DNA of 64,000 bases from Betaproteobacteria bacterium (lineage in GTDB: Bacteria; Pseudomonadota; Gammaproteobacteria; Burkholderiales; SHXO01). Numbering within the stretch: the first letter of the stretch is position 1; every line of letters starts with the position of its first letter. This document shows, piece by piece, positions 21,614 to 33,674 of this stretch. Below the pieces are notes generated by a model, which had not been told where the DNA came from, did not search any database, and saw nothing but the letters and a program-made list of their open reading frames with translations. The stretch lies in contig SHXO01000002.1 of NCBI GenBank assembly GCA_009693245.1, positions 6,280-70,279 on the forward strand. The letters are read 5' to 3'. The translations under genes and the position numbers were made by a program.

Positions 21614-21833
21614 GGCCAAGTAGCCCAGTTGGATGAGGCCGGACAAGCAAAAAGCCCTGCGGCTTGTTGCTTGCCTGCCGAATCCGAGCGCCATGCAGGG
21701 CGCGAGGCGGAAGAGCAGAGGACTGATAACTTGGCCGTGCATTTGGGCCAAGTTACGTCGTAGACTCACATTTCGCGAAACGCAATGTGATGTCGAAGAC
21801 AAAATCCTTGTACCTTGCTTTCGCAGCACCCGT
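21614..21833 (+). ncRNA. Interrupted tRNA-Phe-derived structured element (tRNA nt 1-19, 21-35, 35-45 separated by two hairpin-rich inserts)
   Basis: ggccaagtagcccagttgg (21614-32, 18/19), agagcagaggactga (21712-26, 15/15) and aaaatccttgt (21801-11, 11/11) match the adjacent tRNA collinearly; expression as RNA is inferred. Confidence 0.7.
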
Positions 21834-21909
<76 letters not shown>

Positions 21910-21920
21910 TTAGCTCTAGC

Positions 21921-21978
21921 TTTTGGTAGAAGTATTCACTAACTCGCTTCTACAAAAAAACCGCACTCTTCTACAAAA
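21921..21978. repeat. CTTCTACAAAA repeats, putative integrase arm-type sites
   Basis: Direct copies at 21947-57 and 21968-78 (21-bp period) plus an inverted variant tttggtagaag at 21922-32, between the tRNA and the integrase. Confidence 0.55.
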
Positions 21979-22003
21979 CGAAGAGCGATGGGCTCGGCGG
22001 CGC

Positions 22004-22627
22004 TCAACGAAGCGGCTTGACCTTGTCGCCCTTTCGGTTTCGCGTGTATTGCTACGTCATCTCTTGGTGCTTGTGTCCGAGCAGCTTCTGCGCGCGCGAG
22101 GTCTTCCATATCGGTTGCTGACTTCGCGCGAATATCCCTGAATTGGAACGAGACGCCAGCGGCCGCGCGAGCTTTGTCGAAGCGAGAGCGCAGCGCGAAG
22201 TAACTCAAGCGTTGGCCGTTCTGATTTTGTATCGTAGAAAGGCCCGTAGATTTTCGCGGCTTGTTCAACATGCGGTCAATCAAGCTAGAAAGTTAGCCGG
22301 TGACTTCGATGCGCAACTTCTTGCCGTTTTTTTTCTGCGTGATCCAGAGCACACCGTCATGCACGTCGGCGCGTTGCAGTTTGAGCACGTCAGCGGGCCG
22401 CTGTCCGGTGAGATAGGCGAGGCCCATCGCGTTTTGCACGTGAAGTGCGCTTTCTCGTAAACCGCGAGGAACTCTGCGTCTTCAATGTAGCGATCCCGGC
22501 CCGGCTCGCGGTTTCCCTTCGCGCCCGCGCACGGGTTCGGCGCATCGGTGTAGCCCCACTCCCTCGCGCAGTTGAATACGTGGCTCAGTAGCGCCTTTTC
22601 GCGGTTCGCGCGGGCCTTGGCTTTCAC
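22004..22627 (-). pseudogene. Phage-type tyrosine integrase remnant (C-terminal half)
   Basis: ANREKALLSHVFN, LAYLTGQRPADV, FRDIRAK, LLGH...MT*QY; two frameshifts, in-frame stops at 22293-95 and 22052-54; N-terminus missing. Confidence 0.88.
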
Positions 22628-22865
22628 TGAAGGCTACGCACTGGTTTCCAGTTCTCGGGAATTCGAACGTGCATTGCAACGCTCTCTTGTCCGCCATGCG
22701 ACACGAGGCGCCCTGCTGCGACGGTTGACCGAAGCGGGTCTGTGGGCGGGATGACAACGGGTACGTTTGTCGTTGCGCTCCACCAGTTCGAAACCATCCG
22801 CGCCAAACCGCTCCGGGAGCGCCAAGGGTCATAATGATGTTCCGAGATCACTCAGGTAAGAACCC

Positions 22866-23942
22866 ATGACCCAACCCTTCCGAGTACTGCACATTGCTCC
22901 CGCCAAGTCGGAGGCCTTTGATATCTCCTCCATCGAACAGCAAAGCCGTGCGATTTTGCATGCGGGTGGGACGGTGATTCGTTATACGGGCCAGAGCACC
23001 GACGAGTTGGTGGCGGCGCTTCGGGATGTGGACGTGGCCTTGCTCCAAGGCCATGGATTCGACCGGGCTGCGTTCAACGCCATGGGATTGCACGGCCGCT
23101 GCAAGGGACTGGTTTCCTTTGGCCATGGTTACGATCACTTGGATCTGGAGGCGGCGGCACAAAACGGTGTCGTGCTGGCCAATACCGCCTCGTTCGGCAC
23201 CGAGGAAGTGTCGAACCATACGATGATGCACTTCCTGGTGTGCGCGCGAAAATTCGTTCTGCACGACAAGCTGGTGCGAAGCGGGACTTGGACTCGCAAG
23301 AACTTGGGGACCATGGGCCATGTCGCGGGCGAGACCTTTGGCATCGTGGGCCTGGGCGATATCGGCCGCGCGGTGGCGCGCAAGGCCAAGGCTTTCGGCC
23401 TGCACGTGATTGCCTACGATCCCTACGTCGCGTCCTGGGATGCGCTGGAGAGTGGCGTTGAGATGGTGGGCACGCTCGAAGCATTGTGCCGGCGGTGCGA
23501 TTACCTAAGCGTGCACGTTTATCTCAACGCCGAGACCCGCTATCTGATAAGTAAGCCGCAGTTCGCCGTCATGAAGCCCACCGCCTACCTCATCAACTGC
23601 TCGCGCGGCGGCGTGGTCGATGAAGGCGCCCTCATCGAAGCGCTCAATGAAAAACGCGTCGCGGGCGCGGGGCTCGATGTGTTCGAGAAGGAGCCCGTGG
23701 ATCCCAACAATCCGCTGCTCAAAATGGACAACGTCTCGGTGACCAATCATTACGCGAGCTATTCGGAAGTGGCATGGGAACGGGCACAAACACAGTTGGG
23801 CGAGGAGGCAGTGAGAATCGCCACGGGCATGTGGCCCATGTCGCACATCAACCCCGGCGTGCGCCACGTGATCCCGCCACGCACGGCAGCCCGGTCTTGG
23901 GAGGTGCTGGCTCCCGAGTTATCGGCGCCACGCCATCGCTGA
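22866..23942 (+). CDS. D-isomer-specific 2-hydroxyacid dehydrogenase (SerA/CtBP-like)
   Basis: GLGDIG, INCSRGGVVDE, LDVFEKEP, TNHYA. Confidence 0.9.
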   Translation: MTQPFRVLHIAPAKSEAFDISSIEQQSRAILHAGGTVIRYTGQSTDELVAALRDVDVALLQGHGFDRAAFNAMGLHGRCKGLVSFGHGYDHLDLEAAAQNGVVLANTASFGTEEVSNHTMMHFLVCARKFVLHDKLVRSGTWTRKNLGTMGHVAGETFGIVGLGDIGRAVARKAKAFGLHVIAYDPYVASWDALESGVEMVGTLEALCRRCDYLSVHVYLNAETRYLISKPQFAVMKPTAYLINCSRGGVVDEGALIEALNEKRVAGAGLDVFEKEPVDPNNPLLKMDNVSVTNHYASYSEVAWERAQTQLGEEAVRIATGMWPMSHINPGVRHVIPPRTAARSWEVLAPELSAPRHR

Positions 23943-24013
23943 ATCGCCAGGAGGGCTCCCGGTTGGGGGGAGATTTCTAAAGTAGCACCGCAATCTGCCG
24001 AACAAGCGGTGCC

Positions 24014-25618
24014 ATGTCACAAAATCCAGAGTCCCATCCGCCAATCGAGACCGAGGAGCCCCCGCGGGAGGGCGTCTCGGGAACCATGGAATTTCTCATT
24101 GGGAGAATGCGGCGCAATGGGGACTTCCCCGCGCTTTCGAGCACCATAAGCGCGGTGAGCAAGGCAGCAGCATCGGAAATGGAGGGCATCTCCGCGCTCG
24201 CTGGCAACATTCTCAAGGACTTTTCCTTCACGCAAAAGCTGCTGAAGCTGGTGAACACCGCTCACTTTGGCCGTTTCGGCGGCACGGTCAGCACGATCTC
24301 GCGGGCCATCATGGTGATGGGTTTCGACCAAATTCGTACCCTTGCGGTGACCTTGTTGCTATTCGAGCATTTGCAGAACAACGCGCAGGCGGACGACCTC
24401 AAGGATGAGGTGCTGTCGGCCTACTTCAGTGCGCTCATCGCTCGCGACTTGGTGTCGAAGGCTGGCGTGCGGAATTCGGAGGATGCTTTCATCTGCGCCA
24501 TGTTTAGCCGGCTAGGTAAGCTTCTGGTGACTTTCTATCTGTACGACGAGCGCCTCGCGATCGAGCGTGCGATAAGCGCTGGCGCCAGCGAAGAGTCCGC
24601 ATCCATCCAGGTTCTGGGAATTTCCTATAGCGAGGCCGGAATGGGGGTGGCGAGCTCCTGGGGCTTTCCGGATAAGCTGGTTGCCTCCATGCGGCCTTTG
24701 CCGGAAAGCGAGATTCGCAAGCCTGCCGGGGATACGTCGCGTCTGTGCGTGCTATCGGAGTTGTCCTCCAGCCTAACGCAGCTCATCCGCGATGTGCCTC
24801 TCAGCAAACGCCAAGAAAGCGTCAAGGCCATGGTGGCGCGGTTCGGAAAAGGCTTGGGTATCACTGAGCAACACCTGGACGGCGCGGTGCTCAATACGGT
24901 GAACGAGATCGCCCGCGACGCCGGGATACTGAATTTTCGCACGGACAAAAGCGCTCTCTTCGATAAAGCCCGTAAATGGTCAGTGAAAGCCAAGACAAAA
25001 TCCGGCAACGATAGCGAGGCCGGTCTGCCAATGGAGGCCGTGCTCCTGGACGGCTCCAAGACGACCAGCGCGCCCGCCGCCGGGGCGGCTTCGGGCGCGG
25101 CCAGGCAAGCCATATTGAGCGCGGGATTCCAAGACATCAGCAACGCTTTGGTAGGTGATTTCAACCTCAACGATGTCTTGCGCATCATTCTCGAAACCAT
25201 GTACCGCGGTCTCGGATTCACGCGCACCATCCTTTGTGCCCTGGATCCGAAGAGCGATTCCCTCAAGGCTCGTTTCGGTTTCGGGCAAGACGTGGATCAA
25301 ATCATTCGTGCAGGCTTTTCCATTTCTCTCTCGCCCGCGCGCGATGTGTTCCACGCCGCCATCAGCAAAGGCGCGGACATCTACATCGATGATGTGCAAA
25401 GCGAACGCATACGAGATCACATTCCTGGGTGGTACCAGCAACTCATTCCCGCCAAATCCTTTGCGCTATTTCCCGTGATGATCGCCAAGAAGCCCGTGGG
25501 GTTGTTCTACGGGGATGCGAACACCGCGAAATCCCTGCGCCTGGAGGCCGGCGACATGGCGCAACTCAAGACGCTACGCAACCAGGCGGTACTCGCGATC
25601 AAATCTCAGAGCGCGTAA
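24014..25618 (+). CDS. HDOD-domain signal transduction protein with C-terminal GAF-like domain
   Basis: DFPAL...ILKD..FTQKLLKLVN...TISRAIMVMGF, EDAFICAMF..LGKL, WGFP; C-terminal PVGLFYGD. Confidence 0.8.
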   Translation: MSQNPESHPPIETEEPPREGVSGTMEFLIGRMRRNGDFPALSSTISAVSKAAASEMEGISALAGNILKDFSFTQKLLKLVNTAHFGRFGGTVSTISRAIMVMGFDQIRTLAVTLLLFEHLQNNAQADDLKDEVLSAYFSALIARDLVSKAGVRNSEDAFICAMFSRLGKLLVTFYLYDERLAIERAISAGASEESASIQVLGISYSEAGMGVASSWGFPDKLVASMRPLPESEIRKPAGDTSRLCVLSELSSSLTQLIRDVPLSKRQESVKAMVARFGKGLGITEQHLDGAVLNTVNEIARDAGILNFRTDKSALFDKARKWSVKAKTKSGNDSEAGLPMEAVLLDGSKTTSAPAAGAASGAARQAILSAGFQDISNALVGDFNLNDVLRIILETMYRGLGFTRTILCALDPKSDSLKARFGFGQDVDQIIRAGFSISLSPARDVFHAAISKGADIYIDDVQSERIRDHIPGWYQQLIPAKSFALFPVMIAKKPVGLFYGDANTAKSLRLEAGDMAQLKTLRNQAVLAIKSQSA

Positions 25619-25622
25619 CGCG

Positions 25623-28200
25623 TTACGTGAGCCTCTCGGCGGCAGCCGGAGGGATCTCTCGCCCGCCTTGCGTGCGCCGCTGGCGGCAGGGCACGACGAA
25701 AGTAAACACCGAGCCTCCCGCTGGATTGTGAGAGGCGTTAATGTAGCCTTCGTGCTGGCGCAAGATCTCGCTGCATGCCGCCAGATTGAGCCCTGCTCCG
25801 CCCACCCCATGGGCGTCATTCCCAACCGGGTGTTCGAAGACCCGCTCCAGCTCACCCCCTGGAATACTCGTACCCTCGTCGGTGACACTCACTTCGGCGG
25901 CTTCCAAGATTCCCATGTACTGCGCCCCATGTCCTTCGGGTAGCCAGGACTGCGCGACACGCACCGCAATACGCTTGCCCGCCGGGGTGAATTCGTGCGC
26001 ATTGGACAGGAGGATCCGCATCACTTGCCGGATGCGCTCCGGATCGCACCAGGCATATACCGGGAAGCTGGAGCATTCCAAGACGATATTGACTCCGCGC
26101 CGCACCGCCACCGCGCTTAGTTCGTCCGCCGCCGCGCGTACGATGGCATTCATCTCGTGAATGCCGAAAGCGCTAACCCCCGCGCTTAGCTTGGAGATGC
26201 CGAGCAGCTCGCCCAGCGAAGACAGCAAGCGCTGCCCAACCTCATCGATCTTGCTGGCGAGAAACTCGGAATTGGGTTGAGCTCCAACGGCTACCCGCGG
26301 GACATGAACGGTATGGGGATTGGCTTCCAACTCGCGCACGCGTGACTGAAGTTGCTTGACCTCAACCTCGGCGGCGGCGATATCCGTGGCGTCTCGTATC
26401 ACGCAAAGAAACATCCGCTCTTCGCCGAACATCGTCTCGCTCACGGCGGTCTCCATGGGGAATTCCTGGCCGCCGGCACGAAGACCGGCTAATATGGGCA
26501 GCGGAACAGACGTGTCTTGCAAGCCGCGCTCCCATAGGCCGCGATTCTTCTCCGGCATCAACGCGCGGAGATTCTGGCCCGGCAACTCTGATTGCTCGAA
26601 TCCAAACATGCGGCAGGCGGCGGCATTGGAGGATTGAATAACGCCCTGTTGGTTGGCGATGACCACGCGCGCGCTCAGGGAATCGAACAGGACTTCAAGC
26701 CTCTCTTCGATCTCCTTGCCCGCGGCCTCCGCATGTTCGGCTCGCTTCAGCGCTTCCTGCAACGCTTGCGCGGATTCCTTCGCCTGCGAAATATCTTGCA
26801 CTACCCCAATGAAACGCGACAGCCGGTCTTGTTCTCGAATGGGCACCATCTTGATGCGAACCCATTTGACCCAGTCGTCGTCCTTGTGAATACGGTGTTC
26901 GCTTTCAAATTCCGTCCCGCGAATGAGCGCGGTCTGAAAAGCCTGCGCCACGGCTTGCCGGTCGTCGGGATGAATGCGCCTCGACCAACCCCAGTCTTGC
27001 GCTTGGTCCTGGGTTAACTCAACCAACGCTTCGCAGCGCTTGTTAAGGCGCACGGTTTTACTGTCGGAGGAGATCTCCACGATGGCTACCGGGGCATGGT
27101 CATGGACGATCTTCAACTCATCGGTTCTAACCCCAAGCTGCTGCTCCAGGTCTTGGGCGGATTCCTTCAAACGCCGGTTCGTCCTCGACAAGCGCAGCAT
27201 GAGGACGAAAGGGGAAAAACTCGCCACGAGAGCGCTAACGCCCAATACATTGGCCCAGATCCATGCTGTGGTATCCCGGCTCAGGCGCGCGCTCAGCTCC
27301 CAAGTGCGCCCAAACACTTGAAGACTCACCGATGCGTGGGCGAAATTGTCCGGCTTCACTCCGGTGGAGGGCGGGTAACTTGCAAGTGGCAACGACCCGC
27401 GTTGGCCTTCACCCGCATCTCGTATTTCGATCTGCTGGCGCGTGGTTTCGGGGTTCTCGGTGGCGCGCAAGAAATCCGTGGCGGAGAACGCACTGAAGAC
27501 CCAGCCCCGTACCATCCCCAAGGGCCGCCACACGCTGGGTCCGATATCCGATTCCCAATAGACGGGGAAGTACAGCATCGCCACGGGGTTCGAGTCTTTC
27601 TCCCGAGCGAGGGTAATCGGCGCGGAGAGTACCGCAGCATTTGCCTCGCCTGCCCGCGCCATGGCGGCTTGAAGGGTTGGTTCCGTCCACATATCGAAGC
27701 CCGCCATGCGGGCATTGGCGCCTTCCCCCGGTTCCAACAGGAGTAGCGGCGCGTAGACCTCGCGCTTGCCCGAGGGATAGATGTTGAAGTCCCGCAGCTT
27801 TTGCTCGCGCATGCGGTTGGTGAGTTCATCTTTTTGCCTGCGCGAAATGACCTCCGCGAAACCCAGGGTCCCAGGCCCGTGCGAGGGAAGATCCAGCCGG
27901 GACGCATACTTTCTCCAGCGCTCCCGCCTCACGTTGGCGTCACCTTCGAACAATGCGCTGGCACCCGCCAGAACCTGCTCGTGGGAGCGCATGCGCTCCC
28001 ACGAGCTTGAGCCGCATCTCATTTACGTAGCTCTGGGCGCGCACCTGGTCTGCATTCCTAGCGTGATGCAGGGCGCCCCACCACACGCCAGCCGTGATCG
28101 ATAGCGATGCAAGCAACACACTCCATGCCACGCGGTGGCGGCGTAGACTCGATGTCATGCTGGCACCTGGCCGCGCACTTACCTCCATTCGTTCGTTCAT
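25623..28200 (-). pseudogene. CHASE-PAS-PAS sensor histidine-kinase-like gene, frameshifted and lacking the H-box
   Basis: TM segment in ORF 27940-28200 joins CHASE (RMRSHEQVL, GFDM) after a +1 frameshift near 27998; PAS (IHPDDR), degenerate HATPase; no HELRTP. Confidence 0.75.
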
Positions 28201-28348
28201 GTTTTCGCTCTAACTCGCCGAGAAGAACTTCCCACGTCTATTACGGCGGCATCCGGCGGTTCCGAAGCCCCGCAACGGATCGTCCGGGGAGGATTTTTGT
28301 TAATCCGTATCCAAAAGCAGACGGATGGATGCCCGCGCCGGAACGGCG

Positions 28349-30175
<1,827 letters not shown>

Positions 30176-30272
30176 GGAGCGGCATTATCGGGCAACACCT
30201 TGCGTGTTCGGTCGTCTGCGCCGGTGTGAGAGGTGCACCCGCCAGGCGCCCCGTGCCCTATAATTCAAAGAC

Positions 30273-31565
30273 TTGAGAATTTCCGCTGAACACCTCACCC
30301 AAACCGTGGCCCAATCCCAGCAGCTATTCGCCCTTGGCGTGAATCATAAGACCGCTCCCCTGGACGTACGGGAGCGCATCGCCTTTTCGGCCGAGACGCT
30401 GCCCGTGGCGCTGAGAAACTTCGCCGATACCGAGGGGATAGGTGAAGCCGCTATCGTCTCCACCTGCAACCGGACGGAGGTGTATTGCAACGGAGGCGAC
30501 GCCGAGAAAGCCGTGCGCTGGCTCGCCGGTTATCGCCAATTGAAGCCGCAACAAGTCGAACCTTTCGTCTATCTGCTGCCGCAAGAAGGTGCCGTCAACC
30601 ACGCCATCCGGGTCGCGAGTGGGTTGGATTCCATGGTTCTCGGCGAACCGCAAATCCTGGGGCAGATGAAGCAGGCGGTGCGCTCCGCGGAGAAAGCCGG
30701 CACGCTGGGGTCGGTGCTGCACAAATTCTTTCAGCTCACATTCTCCATCGCCAAGGACGTGCGTAGCCAAACCGATATCGGCGCCAACTCGGTGTCCATG
30801 GCGGCGGCCTCGGTGAAACTGGCGGAACGCATCTACCCGGCCATCGGCGAGCAGCGCATCTTGTTCATCGGTGCCGGGGAAATGATCGAGCTGTGCGCCA
30901 CCCATTTCGCCGCTCAGCACCCACGTGGCACCACCTTCGCAAACCGCACCTTGGAGCACGCCCAGGAACTCGCGAAACGCTTCGAGGGCAGCGCGCGGGC
31001 ATTGAGCGATCTTCCGAGCTATATCGCCGCCCACGACATCATCGTCACCTCCACCGCAAGCCCTCTGCCCATTATCGGTAAGGGGTTGGTGGAGCGCGCC
31101 CTGAAGGCACGGCGCCACCGGCCGGTGTTGATGATCGATCTCGCCGTGCCGCGCGACGTGGAAGCCGAAGTGGGCACATTGGATGACGTGTTTCTCTATA
31201 CCGTGGACGATTTGGGCAAGGTGGTCGAACAAGGGTTCGAGTCGCGCAAGGCGGCGGTATCCAAAGCCGAGACCATCATATCCGCGGGCGTGGTGGATTT
31301 CATGCAATGGCTGGAAAGCCGCAAGAGCGTGCCTGCTATTCGCGCGTTGCGCGACCAAGCCGAGCGTGCGCGCCGCAATGAGTTGTCGCGCGCCATCAAA
31401 CGCCTGTTACGCGGCGATGCACCCGAGGAGGTGCTCGAGGCGCTTAGCCGTTCCCTAACGAACAAATTGATTCACCCGCCCACCGCCGCGCTGCACCGGA
31501 CTCCCGGCCAAGACGAGCAACGCGCCCTCGTCGAGCGCATTTACCAACTGAACCGCGGCGAATGA
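30273..31565 (+). CDS. hemA: Glutamyl-tRNA reductase
   Basis: [35 protein letters not shown]; start may be GTG 30306. Confidence 0.96.
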   Translation: MRISAEHLTQTVAQSQQLFALGVNHKTAPLDVRERIAFSAETLPVALRNFADTEGIGEAAIVSTCNRTEVYCNGGDAEKAVRWLAGYRQLKPQQVEPFVYLLPQEGAVNHAIRVASGLDSMVLGEPQILGQMKQAVRSAEKAGTLGSVLHKFFQLTFSIAKDVRSQTDIGANSVSMAAASVKLAERIYPAIGEQRILFIGAGEMIELCATHFAAQHPRGTTFANRTLEHAQELAKRFEGSARALSDLPSYIAAHDIIVTSTASPLPIIGKGLVERALKARRHRPVLMIDLAVPRDVEAEVGTLDDVFLYTVDDLGKVVEQGFESRKAAVSKAETIISAGVVDFMQWLESRKSVPAIRALRDQAERARRNELSRAIKRLLRGDAPEEVLEALSRSLTNKLIHPPTAALHRTPGQDEQRALVERIYQLNRGE

Positions 31566-32650
31566 AACCCACCATAGCCTCCAAGCTCGCCCAACTCTCG
31601 GCGCGCTTGGAGGAGTTGAATGGCCTGTTGAGTGCCGAAGGCATCACGGCCGACATGGATAATTACAAGAGGCTCACCAAGGAGCACGCCGAAGTGGCGC
31701 CCCTGGTGGAGTTGTATCGCACCTACCAGCACACCTTGAAGAACATCGAGTCCGCCGAGCTGATGCTTTCGGATCCGGAAATGAAGGAACTGGCGCAGGA
31801 AGAAATCCTGTCCAACCGCGCGCGGGTCAACCAGTTGGAAGATGAGTTGCAGCAAAGATTGCTCCCCAAGGATGCGAACGACGAGCGCAACATCTATCTC
31901 GAAATTCGCGCCGGTACTGGAGGAGACGAATCCGCGCTCTTCGCGGGCGATTTGTTTCGCATGTATACGAGATTCGCGGAGCGCAGGCGCTGGAGCGTGG
32001 AGGTCGTGTCGCAGAGCCTCGGCGACGTGGGCGGTTTCAAGGAAATCATCGTTAGCATTGCCGGCCAAGGCGTCTACTCGCGCCTCAAGTTCGAGTCCGG
32101 CGGTCACCGCGTGCAGCGCGTCCCGGCAACCGAGGCCCAAGGCCGCATCCACACCAGCGCCTGTACCGTGGCCATCATGGCGGAGGTGGATGAAATCAGC
32201 GACGTCACCATCAATCCGGCGGATTTGCGTATCGATACTTTCCGCGCTTCGGGCGCTGGCGGCCAGCACGTGAACAAGACCGAATCGGCCATCCGGCTCA
32301 CTCACCTGCCCACGGGCATCGTGGTGGAATGCCAGGACGACCGCTCGCAGCACAAGAACAAGGAGCGCGCGATGTCGCTACTCGCCGCGCGCATCAAGGA
32401 CAAGCAGGTACGCGAGCAGCAGGCCAAGGAAGCGGCCACGCGCAAATCCCTAGTGGGCAGCGGTGAGCGCTCCGACCGCATTCGCACCTATAACTTTCCG
32501 CAGGGGCGCGTGACGGACCACCGCATCAACCTCACGCTGTACAAAATCGACGCCATCATGGATGGTGACCTCGGCGAGATCTTGGACGCCCTGTCGGCCG
32601 AACACCAGACCGAGCAGCTCGCCGCCATGGCCGAAGAACAGGCGGCTTAG
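31562..32650 (+). CDS. prfA: Peptide chain release factor 1
   Basis: [10 protein letters not shown] (PAT motif), [19 protein letters not shown]. Confidence 0.98.
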   Translation: MKPTIASKLAQLSARLEELNGLLSAEGITADMDNYKRLTKEHAEVAPLVELYRTYQHTLKNIESAELMLSDPEMKELAQEEILSNRARVNQLEDELQQRLLPKDANDERNIYLEIRAGTGGDESALFAGDLFRMYTRFAERRRWSVEVVSQSLGDVGGFKEIIVSIAGQGVYSRLKFESGGHRVQRVPATEAQGRIHTSACTVAIMAEVDEISDVTINPADLRIDTFRASGAGGQHVNKTESAIRLTHLPTGIVVECQDDRSQHKNKERAMSLLAARIKDKQVREQQAKEAATRKSLVGSGERSDRIRTYNFPQGRVTDHRINLTLYKIDAIMDGDLGEILDALSAEHQTEQLAAMAEEQAA

Positions 32651-32655
32651 GACCT

Positions 32656-33522
32656 CTGAGCCCTCCTGCCTCCCTCGCCGCCCTGCTCACTAGAGATGCC
32701 TCACGCATCGCGCAGGCTCTAGGCCTTGCCCCGGAGGACGCGGCGAACGAAGCGCAAATCCTGCTGGCCAGCGCCGCGAGAAAATCTCGCGCATGGGTCA
32801 TGGCGCACGGACAGGATGCTCCAAGTGTCTTGGGCTCAACCCCCTACGAGCAATGGATCGCCAGGCGCGTTGGAGGGGAGCCCATCGCCTACATCCTTGG
32901 CCGCCGTGAGTTTTACGGCCTCGAATTGGAAGTCGGCGAACATGTTCTCATTCCCAGGCCCGAGACCGAGCTCCTGGTTGATCTAGCCCTTGACCATCTG
33001 CGCGAAGCCCGGCCATGCAAGGTGCTCGACCTTGGCACCGGTAGCGGCTGCATCGCGATCGCCATCGCCGCCCATGCGCCGCATTGCCATGTGCTGGGCA
33101 CTGATTCATCGTTGGAGGCCTTGAGCACCGCCGCGCGAAATATTCAGCGGCATGGCCTGGAGAACGTGGACTTGCTGCATAGCGATTGGTACGTAGCGCT
33201 AGGCGCGATGCGCTTCGGCGTCATCGTCTCCAATCCGCCCTATATCGCGGCCGCTGACGCGCATCTCACCCAGGGCGATTTGCGTTTCGAACCGCAGGGG
33301 GCGCTAACCCCGGGCACTAAGGGCCTCGAAGCGATCGAGCGCATCGTCACCGGCGCACAGGGTTTTCTGAGAGAAGACGGCAGGCTCATGATCGAGCACG
33401 GTCATGACCAAGCTCAGGCGGTGCGTGAGATCCTTGAGCGGAACGGTTTTCAGGGCGTAACGGCCGCACGTGACCTTGCCGGAATCGCACGGATAGCCAT
33501 GGGGCGCATGCGTCCCGATTGA
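32656..33522 (+). CDS. prmC: Release factor glutamine methyltransferase
   Basis: GEPIAYI, LIPRPETE, LDLGTGSG, SNPPY; reading frame open 5' of ATG 32800 back to a CTG at 32656. Confidence 0.92.
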   Translation: MSPPASLAALLTRDASRIAQALGLAPEDAANEAQILLASAARKSRAWVMAHGQDAPSVLGSTPYEQWIARRVGGEPIAYILGRREFYGLELEVGEHVLIPRPETELLVDLALDHLREARPCKVLDLGTGSGCIAIAIAAHAPHCHVLGTDSSLEALSTAARNIQRHGLENVDLLHSDWYVALGAMRFGVIVSNPPYIAAADAHLTQGDLRFEPQGALTPGTKGLEAIERIVTGAQGFLREDGRLMIEHGHDQAQAVREILERNGFQGVTAARDLAGIARIAMGRMRPD

Positions 33523-33555
33523 CAGATGCCCGGCCAGTCCTTAAGGTAGCCCCCA

Positions 33556-33610
33556 TCGCGCCGATTTGTCCGTGATTGCGGGCGCGTAATAAGTGCGGCT
33601 AAAACTCGGG
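33556..33610 (+). ncRNA. SAM-II riboswitch aptamer
   Basis: tcgcgccgatttgtccgtgattgcgggcgcgtaataagtgcggctaaaa closely follows the metX SAM-II pattern (cgcgc..gattt..ttgc..gcgcg..taa..gctaaa); upstream of metH. Confidence 0.85.
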
Positions 33611-33616
33611 AGCACC

Positions 33617-33655
33617 AAGCCCGATTGCCTATTACCGGTAGCTTCGGGCTTTTTT
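33617..33655 (+). terminator. Intrinsic terminator in the metH leader (riboswitch expression platform)
   Basis: aagcccga...tcgggctt stem plus T-tract, ending 20 nt before the metH ATG. Confidence 0.75.
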
Positions 33656-33674
33656 GTTGTTGGATAGATTCGAG

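Noticed and set aside
21633..21800. Group I/II intron in tRNA-Phe
   Set aside because: The inserts are only 79 and 74 nt with no recognisable catalytic core, and the split copy lacks a proper T-arm and 3' acceptor/CCA.
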